Positions 11,995 to 19,334 of a DNA stretch of 19,334 nt are shown here, in pieces (positions within the stretch are counted from its first letter, which is position 1; each line of letters starts with the position of its first letter). The notes beneath the pieces were generated by a model, which worked only from the letters and a program-made list of their open reading frames with translations, ran no database searches and was not told where the DNA came from. The stretch is from Ginkgo biloba (taxonomy: Eukaryota > Plantae > Ginkgophyta): assembly GCA_024626585.2 (NCBI GenBank), contig JANKJI020000002.1, forward strand, positions 82,216,485 to 82,235,818, given 5' to 3'. The translations under genes were made by a program, and so were the position numbers.

Positions 11995-12877
11995 NNNNNN
12001 NNNNNNNNNNNNNNNNNNNNNNNNNNNNNNNNNNNNNNNNNNNNNNNNNNNNNNNNNNNNNNNNNNNNNNNNNNNNNNNNNNNNNNNNNNNNNNTACAAC
12101 ATGGGCCAACACACATCCGTGTGTAATTGTCACAATTATCCGCAATCGTATACATATATGTAGGGGGACACGAAAGGGTCCACGTGAATCATGGAAGAGT
12201 TTTTATTAAAGTGCACCTGTAAGGCATTAGTTTCTATGTGAATGACCCCAGGTGTCTTCAGGTGCTTGAAAGAGAGGTTGGGTGATGGTTCATACCAACT
12301 GGTTGCAAGAGAGAGAATGGTATTGTTCATAAATCCATGGATGGTAATAGCCAATGCAATTCAGAGTTTCTTGAACATTAATGAGGATGACAGATGCAAA
12401 AAATCTTCAGTGGAGAATATTTATGTGACAATTTCTATGGTAACCTGTTTGTCCTTCAATTTGTACCTGTATCTGGAGGTGTTACCATGGTGTCTTAATG
12501 AATTGGCCATTTGTGTTAGAGTCAAATCGAAGGTGTGGAGGAATGATTGCACTACTAATACATGTGTTGAAGAAAACCATTAAATTCGATTTTCCATCCC
12601 ATATTTTGTTTATTTAAAGTAGAAACAAATGATAAGTGTGACCAAGGGATGTGGAGAAATGGAGGGATAAAGTGAATTGCATTTTATTGATATTCTGTCC
12701 TTTGCATTGTTTGTATTTGGTTTATTTAGCTTTCAGGATTGCAATAAGCAAGGACATCATTGTTTGGTGTGCTCTTTCAATGTTTTGTGTGCATCATCTT
12801 GCGAACAGCATCTCGTGCTGCATTATCAGTTGTTACCGCATGGTTAATAATAAGTGGCACCACTCTTTGTTTTGCAG

Positions 12878-12977
12878 CAAAGATTTTTGCCGAAGCTTCT
12901 GGATTTATTTAAAATTTGTGAAGATCTGGAAAACATAGATGGCCTTCATTTGATATTCAAAATTATGAAAGGAATCA
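12878..12977 (+). CDS. PSY2L: Protein phosphatase 4 regulatory subunit 3 (PSY2L/SMEK/PPP4R3-like), first visible internal exon
   Basis: Acceptor tttgcAG (12876-12877) and donor A|GTAAGT (12978). Encodes QRFLPKLLDLFKICEDLENIDGLHLIFKIMKGI plus 1 nt, matching the CEDLEN-x-DGLH motif of the SMK-1/DUF625 domain. Confidence 0.95.
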
Positions 12978-13100
12978 GTAAGTGCAATGGCTTGTTTGCT
13001 TTAATTTATGAATTATTTGGATTCTCTGTTCGGAACTTGATTTGCTGTTTTTTTTTTGATTCAAGTCTTCTTGTAATTGTTTTCTACCTGTTACTTGCAG

Positions 13101-13178
13101 TTGCCTTGAACAGTTTGCAAATCTTTGAAATGATTTTTAGCGACAAGTATATAATGGATGTTGTCGGCGCACTTGAAT
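13101..13178 (+). CDS. PSY2L: PP4R3/PSY2L-like, second visible exon
   Basis: Acceptor ttacttgcAG and donor T|GTATGA; phase 1 in and out. Encodes (I)ALNSLQIFEMIFSDKYIMDVVGALE(Y). The preceding intron 12978-13100 is 123 bp. Confidence 0.95.
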
Positions 13179-13403
13179 GTATGATTCGTCTCTCATCTTG
13201 AAGTCTGTATCATGGTTCATGGAAAGTTGTTAAGCATTTGTAACTTACTAGAAGCAAACCTTTTTGTTTCTAAAATGGCAAGCAACTGAATAATATTTCA
13301 AGTATCTATTTTGGTATGTAAACGAAGGAAATAGTCAAGGAAAAAGATTAAATATATCTAGAACTTTTGTACTTCATATTATGTCATTACTTAGGCAATA
13401 GGT

Positions 13404-13405
<2 letters not shown>

Positions 13406-13437
<32 letters not shown>
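13406..13437. repeat. (CT)16 microsatellite
   Basis: Perfect dinucleotide run, read directly. Confidence 0.99.
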
Positions 13438-13440
<3 letters not shown>

Positions 13441-13579
13441 GAAGTGCATCAAATTTTTGAAAGGTATATATTTTTTCACTTTCATTTCACATTTACATTG
13501 TTGATCTATTGTTATGATATTTTTTGGATATTATTTGAATACCTAATAAATTTTTTTTATTCTATTTTATGATTATACA

Positions 13580-14610
13580 AGAATGTGGCAAATTCAATCA
13601 ACGTTATGACAAATCTCCAACAAGAGACCACATTAGGGGGCCCATATAAAAACATTTCGTCGCCAACCTCCTACAAGAGGAAGCCAACTTGCAATTTCAA
13701 AACAACATAGAAACAACTCCTCAAGCACCACTCTAATTTAGAAGTGGGGCAAAACCAATCGAATCGGAATTAGAGTAGCAACTANNNNNNNNNNGGCAGT
13801 CGGAGCAACACCTTTGGCTGCCCTGCCAATAGCCAAATTCATTTCAATAGCGGTCCTAACAACCCGTTCAATGCCTTTGTTAGTAGTAACCATTTGCATA
13901 ATAAAGTTAATATCACGAATCATGGAAACCAACTTGGCATTGTAACAATAGAACGAATGGCACAACCTAACAACAACACCCTGCACACCCTAGTGGAGGA
14001 TAGTGCAATAACAACAATAATCCTATATGCACAAACAATAACAATAATAGCAATAAGTTCAGAGGCACTTTCAATCTTAACTCCAACAATCCTTTCCAAG
14101 TTGGTAGCATGGGGAGCAGTTTCAACCCTAATGGCGTGAATCCCAACTTATGCGAAGAACCATTTGATAACCTTGGAGGTAACTTCCACTTGGATGGTGG
14201 CAACACTAATAATAGCAGAAATATAAAATACAAGTAGAGCTAGAGTAGATTTACTATTAGTAATAATCAAAATGTTACCAACACAACAAACATGAACATG
14301 AGCATGTTCGGAAGCAATGCTAGCCCTAACTTTAGCGATAGCATGCCATTCAATACCAATTTCTCTTTACATAATAACCAACAATTTTAAGGAGGTCCTA
14401 TTGGGCATTAATGTTTCATCATTAACAGTAGGAACGACAACATGCATGGTGNNNNNNNNNNNNNNNNNNNNNNNNNNNNNNNNNNNNNNNNNNNNNNNNN
14501 NNNNNNNNNNNNNNNNNNNNNNNNNNNNNNNNNNNNNNNNNNNNNNNNNNNATTCCATGCACATACAAAACATGTGGAGGTTCATCACCACTACATTCAA
14601 CAGCTTGTGA
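13580..14610 (+). mobile_element. Decayed Ty1/Copia retrotransposon remnant in the 3.85-kb PSY2L intron
   Basis: A gag-like segment HFVANLLQEEANL (~13652-13695) is followed by a long N/G/S-rich frame and a 100-N gap. After the gap, FHAHTKHVEVHHHYIQQLV (14553-14609) matches the Copia RNase H motif FHxRTKHIEVxYHFIR. Confidence 0.75.
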
Positions 14611-15334
14611 GTCTGCATCTTTGAGTTATTCGCCTGACACGCGCATTTGGAACCTCCTTGTCCCTGTGTTGGGAAACTCCTTTAACCCACGCTAGGAACC
14701 TCTCGAGTCTTTGTGTTTGGAACCTCTCTACGCCCGTTGCTTGATGCATGCGTTCTAAGGTTTTGTTTTATCTTCTCTTCAACAGGTTGGGTAAAGTGAT
14801 GGTCAAAGTTTGACCATTGCTTTAAAAAACATGCTATTTTTTTCGATTTATTCATCCAAACCAAAAAAACCTCCGAAAATTGAATTTAAAAAAAAAAATC
14901 GATGATTCTTGTGACCAAGGCTAGAACATACGACATTGTTGATACCTCAATAAATAGATCAACCACGCAAAACTGCAATAGGAAATTGGAATAAAGACGA
15001 AACAATTAGTCATAGTGGTCAATTTGAGGAGGAGATATGGCATAGCCTAACAAATGGACAAATTTGTAGAAAGCAAATGAAGATTTGTAGTGTATTTTTC
15101 TCAATGGAAAGAATGACATTACAACATAACCAAAAAGGGTAAAAAGCAAAGAATGAGGCTAGATGCACAAAACATCATGTAATATAAGTGAAGTTTGCTA
15201 GAGAACTAACAAAATCAAGAAGAAGAGAAGTATTATATGTTAGTCTAGTCAATACATTTGGCACAATGTGTTGAGATATTATTAGCAGTTTGCTCGTATA
15301 TTATTATTGAATTTTTGCATGGTAGTCGCAAGAG

Positions 15335-15620
15335 GCGGTGCCATGATTAAACTACATCATGTGAAGCTCAATGTACTATAGAGATGTGTTGCGATGCGGT
15401 TTGGTATTCTACATCAAAAATCCAAAAAAAATCATATATGACCAAAATGCATAAAATCTAGAAAAACTCAAAATTGCAGTGCTACGATTGAATCACTTCA
15501 CGAGAAGATCAATGTACTATAGATGTGTTACAGTATGGTAATTGGTATAATATTTTACATAAAAAAAATCAGATATGAAGAAAATCCATAAAAAGTAGAA
15601 AAACAAAAAAACAAAATGGT
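15335..15620. repeat. Diverged 141-bp tandem duplication (~2 copies)
   Basis: gc(g/a)gtgc at 15335 and 15476 and tcaatgtactatag at 15368 and 15509, each followed by similar A-rich tails (aaaaaaaatcatatatg / aaaaaaaatcagatatg; tagaaaaac). Confidence 0.85.
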
Positions 15621-17029
15621 ATAGTGGTTGAGTTTATGAATTCATGAGGGTTAGTGCAACTCCTTGCTAAGGCAAAAGCCAACTAGATGCTAGTCTCGTT
15701 GGGGCAATATAGTGATATCCACAATAATGTAAAAGATGATTTGCAAAGGATGGATGAAATGTAATAAAGATGACAAACTAAGAAGAAAATATTGAAATAA
15801 ATAGAAGATGAATTAATGAGGCTAAAAAATTGCTTATGGGCAAGGGGATAGGGCTTGAGGTTACCTCCCGCCAATTTTTGAGCCTTTCACATATTGCTTA
15901 CCTTGCTTGAGTGAGAACACTCAAGATAATAATGTTCAATGATATGTTATTAGGATTTTGGTGACAAGACAATCAAATAATGAATTGTTGCGATGACAAA
16001 TGATGGTGGCATTGAATGAAGTGTGGACAATGTAATGATGTGTCTAGGGAATGTGGCAGCCTTGGAAAGCAAATGAAACTCAACAAACATTTATGCAGAC
16101 TAATTTTAGGATTAAACACCATTATAGTATGATTAACAACATTGTTGGCCAAAGTTGTAGAAAANNNNNNNNNNNNNNNNNNNNNNNNNNNNNNNNNNNN
16201 NNNNNNNNNNNNNNNNNNNNNNNNNNNNNNNNNNNNNNNNNNNNNNNNNNNNNNNNNNNNNNNNGTGATAATTTCATTTATAGATTAAATTTGAACCATG
16301 CCATCTGGAAATTGCAATAAGAAATTTGAAATTAAATAATTATTCAGAAAAGGCATAAATCTATGTGGTGTACAGATGTTTCATACCTGCTGTTTAGCAG
16401 CACTTTTAGGGAAGCCTGTTTCTGCCAAGTGAAACTTTTGTGTCCCTCAAAACCTGTGCAACTATAAGAACCTTGGATATTTTTCATTTTTCATGTAATT
16501 TGGTAAGATGTGGGCCAACTAAGATTTACCTTTTGGAGTGAACAGAAATCAGTATTTTCATGTTAACTACGAGTAATCTTCAGCTTGATTTTTCCTCTTA
16601 TGTTATCTCATTTTTCTTTGATGTTGTTGACCTGTGACAATGGAATTTTTATTGCTGGGTTCTTTCTTATTGTTGCCCCCACAAAATCTGTGTTTGTTGA
16701 TTGCTTTTCAATTCCCTACTTATGCCCAATTTTGCTCCTTTTCTTTTGCAATATTATTGAACCCAACAATGCTCTCCTGTAGCAATTTCATCTCTTACTT
16801 CGCCTTGCTACCTTGGAGTTGCAGCCATCACATAGTGGTGACCTACAATATTTTTTGTAGTGAAGGGCTTTAGGATCATGCTGATACTGAAGTCTGTGAC
16901 TTTCTTCATTCAATTCGTTTGAATTGCTTCTGTGGCTAGGTTCATCTATGCTATTCTAAAACCACATAAATTTGCATTGTGTGATGGATTTGCACTAGTC
17001 AACTCGGTTTTGAATGTTTGAGTATGCAG

Positions 17030-17097
17030 ATGATCCTGAGCTTCCATGTCGACGAGAGCATCGTGCATTCCTGAGAGAGCAAGTTATGTTTAAAGAG
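17030..17097 (+). CDS. PSY2L: PP4R3/PSY2L-like, third visible exon
   Basis: Acceptor tatgcAG and donor GAG|GTGATG. Completes the split codon T+AT (Tyr) to give the conserved LEYDP motif, then ELPCRREHRAFLREQVMFKE. Not in the ORF track. Confidence 0.95.
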
Positions 17098-17252
17098 GTG
17101 ATGCATCCTTGATTTTACCTTTTTTAACTACTCAAGTGCTCAAGGAAAGTCATTTGAACTAGTAATGTGTCCATCAGATCTTGAAATAAGCTAGCACTTA
17201 CACATGTCGTTTTGGATTTCGAACACATTCTTGTTTTCTTTCTACCTTTCAG

Positions 17253-17321
17253 GCAATGACTATTAGGGATCCATCAATATTATCAAAAATTCATCAAACA
17301 TACAGGGTTGGCTATATCAAG
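17253..17321 (+). CDS. PSY2L: PP4R3/PSY2L-like, fourth visible exon
   Basis: Pyrimidine tract with ttcAG acceptor and donor AAG|GTGACA. Encodes AMTIRDPSILSKIHQTYRVGYIK, containing the KIHQTYR family signature. Confidence 0.96.
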
Positions 17322-17434
17322 GTGACATGGTCATCACTTTAGAACATTTTCACATGAAAGGATTTCCAATGTTTGGTTTTCATTCTTATTAGTAAGATGC
17401 TTCTTACACTTAAATTTATAATTACAATGCCCAG

Positions 17435-17512
17435 GATGTCATTTTACCAAGAGTTCTGGACGAGGTTACATTTGCTACTATGAACTCAATTATCCATTCA
17501 AACAATGCAGTG
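17435..17512 (+). CDS. PSY2L: PP4R3/PSY2L-like, fifth visible exon
   Basis: Acceptor cccAG and donor GTG|GTAAGT. Encodes DVILPRVLDEVTFATMNSIIHSNNAV, phase 0 at both ends. Confidence 0.95.
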
Positions 17513-17596
17513 GTAAGTATCTGTATCATTCTTGTGTACCTTTCTGTTTAGCTTTTTTGTTAGAGCTCTGTAAAAGGTCAAATCACCTTCTTGTAG

Positions 17597-17692
17597 GTGA
17601 TGTCAGCTCTCAAAGATGATAGCGCATTCATGCATGAGATGTTTACAAGGTTGAAGTCTTCGAATACGCCAGATCAAGCAAAGAAGGACTTG
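17597..17692 (+). CDS. PSY2L: PP4R3/PSY2L-like, sixth visible exon (gene continues beyond what is visible)
   Basis: Acceptor cttcttgtAG and donor TTG|GTAACT. Encodes VMSALKDDSAFMHEMFTRLKSSNTPDQAKKDL. The six exons total 489 nt (163 codons) with no stop or frameshift. Confidence 0.95.
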
Positions 17693-19318
17693 GTAACTTC
17701 TTCTGACAATATAGTTAAAACCTGCCATTATCTTCTCTACATTTTCAAAATGCATCATGATTTTGTTGTACAGTCTCCCTCGTTCTACTATGATGTGGTG
17801 TACATGCTGTTGGTTTACATAAAAGTATACTGCAGATCTTGTTGTTATTGTGTGTTTCCCTTTCTCATATATACCAATCATCTTAATAAATGAAACATAT
17901 AAATGGAATATAAAAGAGGCAAAAAGAGTTCAGGCACTCCGCTAAACTTACGGCAAGAAGTACGCCAGATAAATTATTGCATGTTTGCAACCCATCATTG
18001 CTTCCAAGTAAAATATGTACCCTGGTATACATTGCTGCATCCTCAAGCTTTCTCTTATTTGCATTGGAAAGATTCTGAAAACGGGTATTAGATTTGCATT
18101 AGTGAAAGGAAAGAAACATGTTGGTTGTGAAAACAACTTGAAAGATAACTGTATATGCTGAAAGGAGGGAAAGATGAGATAAAAATGAAAAATTCAGACG
18201 AACACTNNNNNNNNNNNNNNNNNNNNNNNNNNNNNNNNNNNNNNNNNNNNNNNNNNNNNNNNNNNNNNNNNNNNNNNNNNNNNNNNNNNNNNNNNNNNNN
18301 NNNNNNGATATCAAACCTGAACTAGATGACTTTTAAGCATTTTCTGATATTTGTAGGATACAACTTAAATCTAAAGCGATTAACTATTTTATTCTTGCTC
18401 ATTTGCAACATTATCACCATCTTGGAAATTTCAATCTCCCATTGGTTTCAGTTTTGCCTAATTTTATCATCCTTTTAGTTGCCTTGCTTGTACTGCTGCA
18501 CCCATGATATTAACAAAANNNNNNNNNNTTTGACAAATCAGTGCTTGACCAAGGAATGCACTTACCTCTTTTGCAGTGTACTGTTGTGTCTGACCCACAA
18601 GTTCACGGCATGATTACCAGAAATGGAACATGGCCTCCATGTTTATGTATCAGAAATGATTTTGCATTTTTCGAAAGAAAACAGCTGATATATTTTTGTG
18701 TTTTAGACACATTTTTGAGAGAAAAAGGCCTGTAACCTTAAAAATTTACACTGAATAATGTTTGTTAATATATGGAATGTAGAGGGTAGGCATGTAGTCC
18801 TTCTCTATGGCTGGAAAAATTATTCCAAAAGTGATACTTCGAAATTCCTAAAAGGCAATTTGGGTGAAGGGACTAGGTATTTCAGACCTTTTTCTGAAGG
18901 GTTCAGGAATTTGCTTCAAGGACATCGTTGAGGGGATTTTCTCCTGATGAAAGGAGTCCTGGCCTGGCCTTAACCAGTTGATGACAAAGAGTGGAAGCAG
19001 GTGAGGCCACAATCGGACCTGTTGTGGCAGAAGCGAGTTGAGCAAAAAAATGATGTTGCCAAAGTCATCAGTCTTATGCTTCCTAATGAGAGAGTGCGGT
19101 TGTCAATGAATATCATTCCAGCTTGTAATCTTTACCCATGGGAGCTTACCAAGTGCTTCAACTTGGACCTGCTCAGGTTCACAGTGTGAGTGTAATGCAA
19201 GTTTATGGCATGGTGAGAGGCTTCCATGGCCTGCAGAATTATTGGGTTGGAAAAACTCCGAGCAGGCTATGATATTTCATATCAGATTCAAAAGAACTTG
19301 TGTAGGATCCAGAAGATG

Positions 19319-19334
19319 CTCTCTCTCTCTCTCT
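19319..19334. repeat. (CT)8+ microsatellite truncated by the window end
   Basis: Perfect dinucleotide run, read directly. Confidence 0.97.

Noticed and set aside
12200-12583. Second LINE C-terminal relic (minus strand) or a real 113-aa + strand gene
   Set aside because: Only faint motif echoes are present, with no intact CCHC motif or recognisable domain.
12737-12841. Extra PSY2L exon after tttcAG
   Set aside because: No frame resembles the expected PP4R3 sequence, and it would leave an implausible ~36-bp intron.
12854-13201. Single 115-aa ORF as an unspliced gene (likewise 17597-17893)
   Set aside because: It reads through a 123-bp in-frame GT-AG intron and past donor sites. Family similarity is confined to the exons.
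13795-14451. FG-nucleoporin pseudogene
   Set aside because: There are few true FG/GLFG motifs, and the flanking gag-like and RNase H motifs favour a Copia origin.

Overview
This is eukaryotic land-plant genomic DNA, not prokaryotic. It is AT-rich, CpG-depleted and broken by 17 N-gaps, five of them exactly 100 N (probably unknown-size placeholders). The style of its repeats suggests a large-genome non-flowering vascular plant such as a fern, lycophyte or gymnosperm; this is inference only. The only intact host gene is an internal part of a + strand PP4 regulatory subunit 3 gene (PSY2L/SMEK/PPP4R3 family). Six GT-AG exons between 12878 and 17692 splice in frame to 163 codons of the SMK-1/DUF625 domain. 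The upstream and downstream exons are not visible, so most or all of the window is probably intron. The non-coding DNA is filled with decayed, nested transposable elements: Ty3/Gypsy RT and integrase fragments, a Ty1/Copia remnant, a LINE C-terminal zinc-finger fragment, LTR-like segments, a ~91-bp retroposed insert with a target-site duplication, minisatellites and (CT)n tracts. The most unusual item is a decayed N/G/S/Q/F-rich, prion-like reading frame of about 220 codons inside the intronic Copia remnant. I found no convincing evidence of a new multi-gene system. All family assignments come from motifs recognised by eye; no database search was run.
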